A stretch of DNA of 63,630 bases, counting the filler, from Pseudobdellovibrionaceae bacterium (GTDB taxonomy: Bacteria > Bdellovibrionota > Bdellovibrionia > Bdellovibrionales > UBA1609), in assembly GCA_030591685.1 (NCBI GenBank). It is 4 parts of 4 records of this genome, joined end to end, with 100 filler letters (N's around TTAATTAATTAA, not from the genome) between each part and the next. Parts side by side here need not be neighbours in the genome. Positions count along the whole stretch, not along the records: positions 15,554 to 38,965 come from JAUVAX010000032.1; 3 more parts are not named here. One strand, 5' to 3'. The position numbers and the translations under genes are program-made. Positions 19,184 to 29,620 of this stretch are shown piece after piece. Positions within the stretch are counted from its first letter, which is position 1, and the number at the start of each line of letters is the position of its first letter. Under the pieces are notes generated by a model. The model was not told the origin of the DNA. It saw only the letters and a program-made list of their open reading frames with translations, and searched no databases.

Positions 19184-20086
19184 TCATTGAGGAGTCGACT
19201 CTGTAACGCTAAGGATGTCCTCGGCCTTCCAATCGGCCGCCTCAAAAGAAAGCTCGGTAAGTAGCATGTTAAACTTCTCAACAGCCACTGGGTGTCGCTG
19301 CTGGTCCGACACAAAGTCAGCCGTCTGTCTCCACTCTGGCGATAGGGATAGGCGTGACCTAAGTGCTGCCGTAAAAACATCAATCCATGTTGGCGCACTA
19401 AAAGTAAAGTTCAAAGATAGGGCGTCGGTCACAGCTTCAGTACTGTGCCATGATCCCCGAGGGACAAACAACATAGATCCCGGTTTTAAGGTGATCTCCG
19501 TGGCATCGTCAGGCATTTTAGTGGGCATGGGTGCCATGGCGTAGCCCGTAAGCTCGTCATCCATTGGTAGGCCCATTGTGTGCCTTGTCATGGGGTTTTC
19601 TACATTTTTATTATCTGCTATCCACCATTTCTTAGTACCGTGAATTTGAATTACAAAATTCATGTTTTGATCAAAATGTGCTGCGGTACCCTTGCCCGCC
19701 TTCGTAGCATAAATTAAATTTCGTGCGTATGTCATTGCTGAAAGGCCCATGTCTTGCTTTAAATCTTTCAGCCACTGGTTGAGTAGGGGCGAGATAAGGT
19801 TAGCATCATTAAAAAGTAAACCCATACCGTTTTCAAACATTTTAATAGCATCTCCTGTGGATGCTTGAACAGCACTGGCTTCGTCTGAAACCTTTGGCAG
19901 ATGTACATCTACTTTTTGTGGCCACATGTGAACGAGGTCTTCTAAAGATTTTAAAAAAGGCAGTTTAGTTAAATCACTAATTGAGTCTTTAAGCTCGTGT
20001 ACGACAAAGGGGGAGTTACTCTCGTAGGATAAAAAAAATTCATCTTTTGATTTTGGGTAAATTAAGGACTCTAGGGCTTTACTCAT
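19184..20086 (-). CDS. JmjC/cupin 2-oxoglutarate oxygenase
   Basis: AHFD..QIHGTKKW..PGSMLFVPRGSWH (HxD...H triad). Confidence 0.88.
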   Translation of the reverse strand: MSKALESLIYPKSKDEFFLSYESNSPFVVHELKDSISDLTKLPFLKSLEDLVHMWPQKVDVHLPKVSDEASAVQASTGDAIKMFENGMGLLFNDANLISPLLNQWLKDLKQDMGLSAMTYARNLIYATKAGKGTAAHFDQNMNFVIQIHGTKKWWIADNKNVENPMTRHTMGLPMDDELTGYAMAPMPTKMPDDATEITLKPGSMLFVPRGSWHSTEAVTDALSLNFTFSAPTWIDVFTAALRSRLSLSPEWRQTADFVSDQQRHPVAVEKFNMLLTELSFEAADWKAEDILSVTESTPQ

Positions 20087-20209
20087 AGACTACTTATATG
20101 TCGGATACATGCATAGCTCAAGGTTATTGTGTGCAGCAAAAAGCTCGGTCGTTAGGGGGCGTCTACGTTGTTTTACGGGGCCAGTAATTTACCTTACCAA
20201 ACACTAAAA

Positions 20210-20680
20210 TCACTTTTTCTCGACATTTCCAACTGTTGAGTCAAAAAAATCCAAATAGGCTCTGTAGTTCATCAATACTTCATCGATAGCCTTTCTTTTT
20301 TCAATTTTACTCGAGCCATCTGTCAAAGTTTTATTGGCCCCCAGAAGGCCCGCCATAATAATGTGAAGTTGAGCATCAGCTTTTGTAGGTAATTTACATT
20401 TTTTAAAAATAGTTTTGATGTTTACTTCAATGGCTCGCCCAAGTTTTTGGTATTCACTCATCGTCATTAAATTCTTCTTAATTTTACCTATATCTTTTTT
20501 TACATGATCGTGAATCTCAGACATATTAGTTCGTAAGGCCTTATCTGTAGGCCACTTCTCACCATTATCTAGTTTTAGCGCAGGGGTCGTTTTTTGGTGA
20601 CCCTCATGGTGATGTGAGTCCTCTGCAACCCCCTGTTGAGTAAATAAAACTAGTAAAAATAATAAGCTTAATGTTTTCAT
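20210..20680 (-). CDS. Exported helical protein with a His-rich N-terminus (DnrO-like)
   Basis: Signal peptide, SHHHEGH, LDNGEKWPTD, CKLPTKADAQLH. Confidence 0.7.
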   Translation of the reverse strand: MKTLSLLFLLVLFTQQGVAEDSHHHEGHQKTTPALKLDNGEKWPTDKALRTNMSEIHDHVKKDIGKIKKNLMTMSEYQKLGRAIEVNIKTIFKKCKLPTKADAQLHIIMAGLLGANKTLTDGSSKIEKRKAIDEVLMNYRAYLDFFDSTVGNVEKK

Positions 20681-20752
20681 TGAGTCCCCTATGTGTCTGG
20701 TAATTCTAAATTAACTCTTGCGCCCTTTATTTTTTATCTTGTAAAAAATCAA

Positions 20753-21091
20753 TTAGCCGCCTGTTTTTTTCCATTTTATGGTTTTTTTGTCTAAAAAGGC
20801 AATAACCTCTTCAATTTTTTCGCCATGGAGCTCTATGCCTTTATTTTTAAAAGTACCGCCCACGCCTAAAGCCTTTTTAAGGTCTTTTGCTAAACTCTCG
20901 CACCACTTTTTATTGTTTGGTAGCCCTGTGATCTCTATAACCGTGCGCCCCTTACCAGAGGTGAGGCGACGCAAGTTGACCACCAGGTCCTTTTCATTCA
21001 CCTGAGCACTAGAGACAAGCTTGCTTTTGTCCTTTTTTCGCAAGTCGCCTCTTTCATCTGACCATACTGTTTTATTATTTGAATTCTTAAT
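20753..21091 (-). CDS. yciH: SUI1/YciH-family translation factor with a probable ATT start
   Basis: GKGRTV..LAKDLKKALGVGGTFK..IELHG..TGG; the N-terminal TVWSDERG segment lies upstream of the TTG at 21043. Confidence 0.8.
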   Translation of the reverse strand: MKNSNNKTVWSDERGDLRKKDKSKLVSSAQVNEKDLVVNLRRLTSGKGRTVIEITGLPNNKKWCESLAKDLKKALGVGGTFKNKGIELHGEKIEEVIAFLDKKTIKWKKTGG

Positions 21092-21363
21092 CTAGCTTAT
21101 CCAATCTTTTTAATGGCGGTATTGGTAAAATGGGGGCGGGGTCCTCGACTTTTTTTATAAAAAGTTATTACTCAATAGCATCTGCTGGGTGGGCCAATTG
21201 CAGGCCACCCGCTCCTGGCCGAGTCAATGCTCCGCTACCTAAAATTTTATACATTAACAGTACCCACATGCTACCAAAAACTTACGGAGCTTGAAACACA
21301 GCGCTTAGTCCTCGCTAGAGTGAGTATTGGCAGGGCGCAAAGCCGAACGACGTGCTCGACTGA

Positions 21364-21816
21364 CTACTTGGCCTTTTTATTACCCGAGGCTTTTTTAGCA
21401 GCGGCTTTTTTAGCAGCAGCCTCTTCTGGAGAGATTCCCCAAGGAGAAGGTTTTGGACCATCATGTCTTTTACCCTTTTTTGGGGCGGCACCCTTTTCAG
21501 GCTTTTTTGTCACTGGCGCTAGTGCTGCTCTTTGAAATTCAGGGATATAATAATGCTCTTCTAGCAAAACGGCCTTTGGGGGCACTTTTTCACCTTCTTC
21601 AATTTTAAAAACTAAAATGCGGCCTAGTTTTTCTGCATTCTCTGCCGCGACATCCATAGAGTTGAAAAAATACTTTAACTTTTCGCCTTCCATCTTAAAA
21701 GTCTCGCCGAGACTTTGCTCGATCTCTTCAGGGGTTTTACCTTCAGCCAACAAAGCGGCTTTTGCAGTATTACCTTTAATTAATTTATGGGCAAAAAATT
21801 CAGTTACTGATTTCAT
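21364..21816 (-). CDS. Hypothetical protein with a Lys/Ala-rich C-terminal tail
   Basis: AGGTGA SD; intact 150-aa ORF. Confidence 0.75.
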   Translation of the reverse strand: MKSVTEFFAHKLIKGNTAKAALLAEGKTPEEIEQSLGETFKMEGEKLKYFFNSMDVAAENAEKLGRILVFKIEEGEKVPPKAVLLEEHYYIPEFQRAALAPVTKKPEKGAAPKKGKRHDGPKPSPWGISPEEAAAKKAAAKKASGNKKAK

Positions 21817-22013
21817 GGGATCACCTATTTTTTTAGATTTATTTAGAGGTACAGATACACTTCTTTATCAAACAAATCAAATAATTCACTCATTTTAAAT
21901 TACACAAAGGTTTGGGTAATAATTACCAGGATCTGTTCTTACTCTAGCCAGGGTTTTCTATGATTAAGCACCTCTCTAGGCGCCAATAATGGCAGAGGAG
22001 CCCTAAAAAGAGC

Positions 22014-22882
22014 TCAGATGACACCAAAATGCACAGAATCGCAGACAAACTCGTACCCAATACTCATATAGATTTTATTTGAGGTCGAATTACTCATATC
22101 AGTGTACAGGTTCGTTTCCTTTTTACCATGGTCTAAGAGGTGCTGAGTTAGCTTTGCCGTGACCAAACTTGCCAACCCCTTCTTTCTTAAGGGCTGGGGA
22201 GTAAATACTAAGTTAACGGAGCAAGACGTCTCAATATCTCGACCCCAAGCGGCCATAGATACCAATTCGCCATTTGCTTCGATGACATAAATCATTTGAT
22301 TATCAATTTTTGCCTTCGCAAACTCTTTGCCATTAACTGGTGGATCGTTGGGTACCGCCTCAGAATTAAAATATTCAACCCACTCTCCAATTTTTTCAAT
22401 ATCATGCTGTTCAGCAACTCTAAAACTAAATTCGCCATTAGTTTTAGGCCTGTTCCCTTATTACAACGGTATATACCTCGAACCATGTTTTCTTTTGTTT
22501 TTTTGCCCGCATCCTCAGCGATATCTCTATATAAACTTGCCGTGTGTTTTTCGCCAACTATACCAGAGATAGAAAGCTCATTCTTGGCAAACTCATTAAA
22601 AAGAATTTTAGCAGCCTCTTGATCACACACCGGGGTCGGCAATAAATTGGCATTCGTGCGGTATTGACTTAACACAAGAGCACCAAGTAACTTATTGCCA
22701 TCAAAAAGTGCGCTCTGATACATGCAGTTTGTCGGGTGAGACTGAAAGGCATAGGAGAGGCCTAAGCAAAGACTATTTTTTGCTTCTTCCTTTTTTAGCT
22801 GTGGTGAGACCTCTCTCCAGAAAACCTTAGGGTCCTCGTAAACTTTTACACTTTCCACTTCTTGCCCTTTTTTGGGCTTCAC
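22014..22882 (-). pseudogene. GNAT acetyltransferase split by a single frameshift near 22455
   Basis: After YRCNK the alternative frame reads PKTNGEFSFRVAE...KIDNQ straight into MIYVIE...VFTP..RKKGLAS..NKIY..IGY. Confidence 0.8.
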
Positions 22883-22977
22883 CGGTGTGCTCAGGATTTA
22901 ACTGAGGCGGCGAAGCCTACCTAATTTTATACCTCATTGTTTTTAGTAATCACAAAGTATTATGTTTTATAAAAAAG

Positions 22978-23919
22978 TCACTTAAAGTTGATTACATCCA
23001 TTTTATTTTTATTAACCGTTAATTCAAAAATATCAGGTCTAGAGTAATGCCCCCCAATATCCATCGAACGCTTCCCGTCAATAACAGCACCTAAATCGTA
23101 TTCAGAGTATAAAATTCCTTTTTCTTTGGTCATTGGCCCCGCTATGGCCCCACCGAAAGGCTCAAATAATACGGCGTCTCCATTTGACAACCAATCATCC
23201 GGATCTGGAAAAACATCTGCTTTATGAGGAACTGACTCGGGTATATCGCTACACTGAATAGCCGTAGAGCAACCCGCAACCCAACACCCACCCTCACGGG
23301 CAATATGTCGCAAGGTTGCGAGCCAACCCTCTCCACAGTCCCAAGTAGGGGCCAAGTAAACCTCAACTCCTTGAGCGTACAAAGAGTATCGAGATAATGG
23401 CATATAGTTTTCCCAACAAAGTAATGTCCCAATTTTACCGGCGGGGGTGTCTATAACATTTAGTCCCCTGGCATCTCCCCAGCCCCAAACCATTCTCTCC
23501 GGATTTGTAGGTATAAGTTTACGATGAACATTTAAAATTTTTCCATCAGGCCCAATAACAGCATAGGAGTTATATAAGGTTGCCCCGCTCGCCTCACCAT
23601 TAATTTCATTAAATCCCATGGTTACGGTTACATTACTTTTTTTTGCTGCCTCTTGAATCTTTGACAATTGATCTTTAGCTAAATTTACTGAGTTTTCAAA
23701 AAGCACATGATGAAAATCTTTAGACTTACCCATGTCGCCACCGGGTTTTAATCTCCAAACCCATGAAGGGTAGCCGGGCAAATAGGCCTCCGGAAACATT
23801 ACTAGGTCAGCCCCCTCCCTTGCCGCTTCACTTATAAAATCACAAGCCTTCTCTATTGTTTGAGATAAATTTAAGAATACGGGCGGCGACTGAACGATGG
23901 CTATTTTTTTATTTTTCAA
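22978..23919 (-). CDS. Nitrilase (carbon-nitrogen hydrolase)
   Basis: FPEAYLPGYP, HRKLIPT, LCWENYMP (Glu-Lys-Cys triad), GHYSRPD. Confidence 0.93.
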   Translation of the reverse strand: MKNKKIAIVQSPPVFLNLSQTIEKACDFISEAAREGADLVMFPEAYLPGYPSWVWRLKPGGDMGKSKDFHHVLFENSVNLAKDQLSKIQEAAKKSNVTVTMGFNEINGEASGATLYNSYAVIGPDGKILNVHRKLIPTNPERMVWGWGDARGLNVIDTPAGKIGTLLCWENYMPLSRYSLYAQGVEVYLAPTWDCGEGWLATLRHIAREGGCWVAGCSTAIQCSDIPESVPHKADVFPDPDDWLSNGDAVLFEPFGGAIAGPMTKEKGILYSEYDLGAVIDGKRSMDIGGHYSRPDIFELTVNKNKMDVINFK

Positions 23920-24588
23920 GATGTCCTCCTAATAATATGTAACCTAGTATTACATTTTGTTTGCTCGCCTGCATAGGATGAAGTTAACCAATAGGTTAAA
24001 CTCCCGACTTGGTTCAACAACCTAATACGGAAGCATTGCTGAGCGTTATAGGGCCCTGATTTATGTCATGTTTTTAGGTGAGTAGGTAAGTTTTAAAGTC
24101 GACCTAAACTATGCTAGGTAGGGCTTTTAGATTTAATAACAGGCAACTCAATTATTTGTGAAGGTCATCAGCGCAAAGTTCATTTAGGGTGTTTTTAGAG
24201 TGCTGAGTTTGAAGTCATCCAAAAATCTGGTTACAACATGTTCAGCGAAAAACCAGTTCAGAGTTTCAAGCTCGTACGATAGTCTTTGGCCAAATAGTAA
24301 TAAGTGATCTGGGTTGTGATGGCCTTTAGCACGCTAAGCCTCACGGCCACCCTAGCCACTCCCAGGCGTTGGGGGGCGAATCATCTGGGCCCCTGTTTCT
24401 ATTATATTATTGATCTGAAGTGTTCTCGTGGCGTTGGGCGAGTACTTGTGAAAGCAATAAGGTCTGGTACCAGAAAGTTTGGTCACAGAGTGAAAATTTT
24501 TCCATTGTGATGTGAGCTATCAGGCCAGTTCTCTAGTGAAAATAAAAAAATAATAGTCTTACAGCAGGCAGTTATGTAGGGTGCCCTC

Positions 24589-26832
24589 ATGAATAGAAAA
24601 GTTGAACTACTGGCCCCCGGCGGAGACATTGAAGCCGTTAAAGCGGCCATTGTTGGCGGCGCCAATGCTGTGTATTGTGGGTTAGATATATTTAATGCGA
24701 GAAATAGAGCCTCGAATCTTTCAATAGATGAGCTCTACGCTGCCGTACGACTTGCGCATGAATACAGCTGTGAAGTTTTTTTGACCATTAATGTAGTTAT
24801 TTTAGAACATGAAATCCCAAACTTAACCAAAATGCTCAATCAAATTGTAAATAGCGGTATTGATGGCATCATCGTGCAAGATTTAGGGGTGTTTAATATT
24901 GTTAAAAAATATTTTCCGAGCCTTAATATTCACGCCTCCACTCAGATGACGACTCATAATGAAGGTCAGATACTCTTTTTAAATAAAATCGGCGCAACAC
25001 GAGTCAACCTTTCAAGAGAGCTCAACTTAGAAGAAATAAAAAGCTTAACAACCTTGGCCCATAAGCACGATATCCTAACGGAGGTGTTTGTCCATGGGGC
25101 TCTGTGCATCGCCTTCTCTGGCCAGTGTTACTCGAGCTCAGTAAGTGTCGGTAATTCTGGTAACCGCGGGCGTTGTAGCCAAGCTTGCCGCGATGAATAC
25201 GAAGAGACCGCTGCTGGCAACAAATACCCACTTAATCTTAAAGACAACTCGGCATATTTTAATCTGCCCGAATTAGTAGACGCAAAAGTGGACTCACTTA
25301 AAATCGAAGGCCGTATTAAAGGCGCCCACTACGTGTACACAGTTGTTGATACTTGGCGAAAGCAAATTAATAGCTTTATTAAGTCAGGCAAACTAATTGA
25401 TGACGATACAAACTTACATAAAGTATTTAACCGTAGTTTTACCAACTCATTTTTAACCGGAAAACTTACAAAAGATATGTTTATAGATAGCCCACGTGAT
25501 TATGGTGTAAAACATGCTATCGAATCAAAAAACGCCACCGAAGCAGACAAAGTCGAAAAAGTTAAAAAAAATCTTTATGATGACAGAAAAGCTCTAGGCG
25601 CAACATTAGCCGGTAAAACAAAAGCCCTAAGTACTGAAAAGCCAAACATACAGCTTAAATTCACCGCCAAACTAGGTGAGCCCTTAACAGCTGAGGGCAT
25701 ATTAAATGAGAAGTCTTATGTTGTAAAATCAAACGCCACCTTATGCCATGCTGAGGACAGTTCAATAACTGAACAGTTATTACAAAAGCGTTTTAAAAGT
25801 TTTAATAATGCCGCCCACTCACTACTCCCTTTAGATTGTACTCAGTTAGATCCAAATTTAAGTATCCCCTTTAGTGAGCTCACCGCAATTAAAAAGCAGT
25901 TGGCCTTTTTACTTAATGGCAGCGTTAATGTTGTGGCCATCGCCGAAGCACCAAAACTCATAAAAAACCCTAAGGTACAAAAAAACCCTCTACTTTCAAT
26001 TTTAATTAGCAATGAAGCCGATGCCGCGCTTGGAGATGTTACAAGCGCTGATATTTACTTTAAACTCCCCGAGAGTTTAAAAAAAGATTGCACTAAACAC
26101 ATTGAGCTCTTACAAAGAAACCCACGTTTTATCCCCTGGTTCCCTGCTGTATTAATTGGTAAAGATTATACTGAGTCTGTTAAAATACTAGAGGTTATTA
26201 AGCCTAAAAAAATTGTTACAAATAACACAGGGGTCGCACTAAAAGCATTTGAGATGGGCATTGAATGGATCGCCGGCCCCTTGATGAACACCACAAACTC
26301 GCATGCTCTTATTACGTTAAAAGAAAAATTAAACTGTGCCGGCGCCTTTATTTCAAATGAAATAAATCGTGAGCAAATTAAAAACATTTGCCGACCAAAA
26401 GATTTTAAATTGATGTACAGTATTTATCACCCCATTTTAATGATGACCAGCCGTCAGTGTTTTTTTCAACGCACAGTTGGCTGTAAAAAGCCAGCTATTG
26501 AAGACAACTGTATGCTCGCCTGTACGAAGTCCACTACAATTACCAACGTAAAAGGCATCTCTTTTGCCGTTGATAAGCAAAAAGGTGGCTACCCTAGCAT
26601 CTATAACCATGAGCAGTTTTTAAACCTTGATGCTGTAAAAGATTTTTCAAGCCTTTTTGATGAGTTCTTTATCGACCTTACAGATATTGGCTCCGGATCT
26701 AAAGAGAAGTTAGATAAAAAAATATTGATCAAAGAATTTGAAAAAATATTAACAATGCCGGATCAATCAAAAGAGATTTTAAATAACATGGTAACAACCT
26801 CAACAAACACTCAATACCAGCAAGGTTTGTAA
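24589..26832 (+). CDS. U32-family protein, long RlhA-like form
   Basis: ELLAPGG, HASTQ, VHGALC..SGQC..SGNRGRCSQACR, SLKIEGR. Confidence 0.9.
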   Translation: MNRKVELLAPGGDIEAVKAAIVGGANAVYCGLDIFNARNRASNLSIDELYAAVRLAHEYSCEVFLTINVVILEHEIPNLTKMLNQIVNSGIDGIIVQDLGVFNIVKKYFPSLNIHASTQMTTHNEGQILFLNKIGATRVNLSRELNLEEIKSLTTLAHKHDILTEVFVHGALCIAFSGQCYSSSVSVGNSGNRGRCSQACRDEYEETAAGNKYPLNLKDNSAYFNLPELVDAKVDSLKIEGRIKGAHYVYTVVDTWRKQINSFIKSGKLIDDDTNLHKVFNRSFTNSFLTGKLTKDMFIDSPRDYGVKHAIESKNATEADKVEKVKKNLYDDRKALGATLAGKTKALSTEKPNIQLKFTAKLGEPLTAEGILNEKSYVVKSNATLCHAEDSSITEQLLQKRFKSFNNAAHSLLPLDCTQLDPNLSIPFSELTAIKKQLAFLLNGSVNVVAIAEAPKLIKNPKVQKNPLLSILISNEADAALGDVTSADIYFKLPESLKKDCTKHIELLQRNPRFIPWFPAVLIGKDYTESVKILEVIKPKKIVTNNTGVALKAFEMGIEWIAGPLMNTTNSHALITLKEKLNCAGAFISNEINREQIKNICRPKDFKLMYSIYHPILMMTSRQCFFQRTVGCKKPAIEDNCMLACTKSTTITNVKGISFAVDKQKGGYPSIYNHEQFLNLDAVKDFSSLFDEFFIDLTDIGSGSKEKLDKKILIKEFEKILTMPDQSKEILNNMVTTSTNTQYQQGL

Positions 26833-26841
26833 AAAACGATT

Positions 26842-27495
26842 ATGTCTGTAGCTGTCTTATACTCATTACAAAATTGCCCCTTTTGTATGCGAGCACGTAT
26901 GGCATTATTGATGGCAAAACAAGAGGTCCTTCTTAGGGCTATTGTAACTAAAGACAAGCCTGCTGAAATGCTAAAGCGCTCCCCTAAAGGGACGGTTCCA
27001 ATTTTGTTGCTCGACAATGGCAGGCTTATAGATGAGAGCTTAGATATAATGATATGGGCATTACAACAAAATGATCCACATGATTTATTATATAATAAAC
27101 TACCCGAAATATATCCACAAATGCTCATACTCATTGATACTTGTGATAATGAATTTCGTAGCAACCTTAGCGCCTATAAGTACGCCAGCCGATATCATCA
27201 GCCCAATGAAATTAAGGTGCGTGGTGCTTGTGAGTTATTTATTAACCAACTCGAGCGGCTCTTGCAAAATAATAACTTTCTTTTTGGAGACACCCTAAGC
27301 CTTGCGGACCTAGCAATATTACCTAATGCTCGGCAATTTATAAATGTTGATAAAAAATGGTTTCGTGATACTGATTACCCATATTTAACCAAGTGGCTAT
27401 CAAGCCTGATGCAAAGCCCTCTCTTTACAAAAGCCATGAAAAAGCACCCCTTATGGAACGAAAACCATGAGGAGTTTTTACTGACCTGGGGTTAA
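26842..27495 (+). CDS. Glutathione S-transferase family protein
   Basis: CPFCMRAR, SPKGTVP, ESLDIM, SLADLAI. Confidence 0.92.
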   Translation: MSVAVLYSLQNCPFCMRARMALLMAKQEVLLRAIVTKDKPAEMLKRSPKGTVPILLLDNGRLIDESLDIMIWALQQNDPHDLLYNKLPEIYPQMLILIDTCDNEFRSNLSAYKYASRYHQPNEIKVRGACELFINQLERLLQNNNFLFGDTLSLADLAILPNARQFINVDKKWFRDTDYPYLTKWLSSLMQSPLFTKAMKKHPLWNENHEEFLLTWG

Positions 27496-27813
27496 TAAAC
27501 AATCAGTCTTCTGTATTTTTAGCCGGCTAGAGTGTGTCGTTTTGAGATCGCTACGAACGCCCCTTCATGTTTTAAAAAAACTACTCGTAATTGGCAATTA
27601 GGCCTATTGGAGTGCCTGCGTAATCAACTGTCACCGAAAGGTCTTGCCTTTTGTTGTTGTAGTGCCCTGAATTAGATTTAGAGTTTTATAACTCTAATGA
27701 ACATAAATTATTACCCTTGGTGTATTTAAGTTTTACACTTTTAGAACAATTGGGCGCTACTGTGCCCCCTCGTAATTTACTCCCGCCCCGTCACCTTATT
27801 ATTAATCCACAGG

Positions 27814-27841
27814 TTAAGTTATAAGCTCTGAGTACCGATAA
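27814..27841 (+). promoter_or_regulatory. sigma28 (FliA)-type promoter
   Basis: TAAG-N15-ACCGATAA upstream of the lipoprotein gene. Confidence 0.65.
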
Positions 27842-27884
27842 TTATGTGTCTCGTAATTTATTTAAAACAACATGTGAGGTAATT

Positions 27885-28394
27885 TTGAAAGCTTTTTTTA
27901 CAATTTTAATTTTGGTCGCTATTGTGGGGTGTGATTCGCCGGCACCCGATACCCAAGAGAATCAGGATTTCCAAACAGGCGCTCCTGACCCTGTTAGTTT
28001 ATTTGATAGTCGATTGTTCAATGCACCCAGCGAGCAATGGGTAGCAAATAATGGCAGTTGTGACTCGCCCTTTACTATATCCACATACAAGTCGGGCGAA
28101 GATGATCTTTTAGTTATAACTGAGGCTGATTACTGCAGTACCCCAAAGCCATCCGGCAATAAAAGGTTTATATTAAAAAGTGATGGAACTCTGACCACTA
28201 CGCTTACAGGCAAGGCTGTAGGGACGATGACAAGCAATAAAATCGTGTACTCAACAGTCAATAGTGTGGGCGGATGCGCTTATGATTTAGTTATTGAACT
28301 TTTAGATGATAATTCAGGAACGATGAGTGAAACGCTTACTAATTGTACTTCCAATTACAACTTCTCCACCACACTTACTATTGGCATAAAGTAG
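27885..28394 (+). CDS. Lipoprotein of unknown function
   Basis: GAGGT SD before TTG; MKAFFTILILVAIVGC lipobox. Confidence 0.8.
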   Translation: MKAFFTILILVAIVGCDSPAPDTQENQDFQTGAPDPVSLFDSRLFNAPSEQWVANNGSCDSPFTISTYKSGEDDLLVITEADYCSTPKPSGNKRFILKSDGTLTTTLTGKAVGTMTSNKIVYSTVNSVGGCAYDLVIELLDDNSGTMSETLTNCTSNYNFSTTLTIGIK

Positions 28395-28409
28395 ACTCAG
28401 TTTTTTATA

Positions 28410-28443
28410 CAACTGGATTTAACTCAGGCTCCAGGCGCCTGAG
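28410..28443 (+). repeat. REP-like palindromic repeat, copy A
   Basis: CAACTGGATTTAACTCAGGCTCCAGGCGCCTGAG, near-identical to 38528-38562. Confidence 0.75.
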
Positions 28444-28447
28444 CATA

Positions 28448-28792
28448 TTATTTTCCCGTGAAGTTAGCCGCCACAAAATCACCTGATAGCTTTAAAAAGA
28501 TATAGAGTTTTTTACCTTTTACGCCTTTTTCATTATTAAAGGTCACAACCCACTCGGCTTTACCTTTAAAATTCTTTTTCTCAGACTTATCAAAAGTCGC
28601 ACTCCCCCAAGAAGCATTGAGCTTTCCTGACTTAATTAACCTTTCAATATGACTACGCCCTAATTCACCTGTTTTTGCTTTGGCTATTTTGGGCGTGCCA
28701 TGGTGTCCATGAGAATGTCCATGTCCACCTCCGGGACCTGCGAAGCTTAATGTACTTAAAAATAATGATGTTAAAATAATTAATACTTTCAT
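28448..28792 (-). CDS. His-rich exported protein (DUF6488-like)
   Basis: Signal peptide, GGGHGHSHGHH, EWVVTF..LYIFL..G.FVAANFTG. Confidence 0.8.
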   Translation of the reverse strand: MKVLIILTSLFLSTLSFAGPGGGHGHSHGHHGTPKIAKAKTGELGRSHIERLIKSGKLNASWGSATFDKSEKKNFKGKAEWVVTFNNEKGVKGKKLYIFLKLSGDFVAANFTGK

Positions 28793-28803
28793 TTTCGTTC
28801 TCC

Positions 28804-29580
28804 TTATAAATTATCGTGCTTAAACTCTTGTGCTTTTGGTTTATCTAACTGCATGTGATGGTGAATATGGTTATCTTCACTAAATCCAAATTCATCGGGG
28901 TTAGATGTATGAAGATAACCATGTAATTGCATAAGCAGCAACATTAAACCGGCCAATATCAAACCATCGTTAGCAACTTTAGAAAACCGTTTAAAGACGC
29001 TGGTATGCCTAATGCCTGACAGCAATGCCAACATTATTGTTAGGGCGAGAATTTGTCCAAATTCAACTCCTACATTGAATGAGATAATTCTAAGTAACAT
29101 CTCACTGCCGTTCTCACCCAAAGGAAGCTGTTGAAGCCTTGTGGATAATCCGAACCCATGAATCAACCCAAACATAAAGACCATGATCAATAAATTTGGT
29201 GCCTTCTTCATACCAAAGTATTTTTGAAAACCTTCATTATTATCAAACCCTTTGTAACATACACTAATGGCAATAATGGCATCAACTAACCAGTAGTTTG
29301 CCGTTATCCCCATAAGTGTCGCTAAAATTAAGGTAATACTGTGCCCCAGCGTAAACACACTGATGAATTTAACAATATCTTTAAAGGTTGTTAAAAAGAA
29401 GATCACCCCAAATAAAAAGAGTAAGTGATCATAACCTGTAATCATATGCTCAGCGCCAAGCCAAATGTATTTGAGGTATCCCCCTTCAATCATGGCACGC
29501 TTTGCATCTTCACTAATTCCGTGAGCAAATGAATTTGCTGACCAGAATAGTGGAAATAAACTTAAAATAAATTTATTCAT
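28804..29580 (-). CDS. HupE/UreJ-family metal transporter
   Basis: GAEHMITGYDHLLF, FTLGHSITL, FGLIHGFG, FNVGVEFGQ. Confidence 0.9.
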   Translation of the reverse strand: MNKFILSLFPLFWSANSFAHGISEDAKRAMIEGGYLKYIWLGAEHMITGYDHLLFLFGVIFFLTTFKDIVKFISVFTLGHSITLILATLMGITANYWLVDAIIAISVCYKGFDNNEGFQKYFGMKKAPNLLIMVFMFGLIHGFGLSTRLQQLPLGENGSEMLLRIISFNVGVEFGQILALTIMLALLSGIRHTSVFKRFSKVANDGLILAGLMLLLMQLHGYLHTSNPDEFGFSEDNHIHHHMQLDKPKAQEFKHDNL

Positions 29581-29620
29581 ATTTCCTCCTATAAATTAAA
29601 ATTAAAAAAATAAAACTTAC

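Noticed and set aside
23920..24588. Long spacer with several GCGTT motifs as integron attC sites, plus short ORFs
   Set aside because: No matching RYYYAAC/GTTRRRY pair with a convincing stem; the ORFs lack recognisable features
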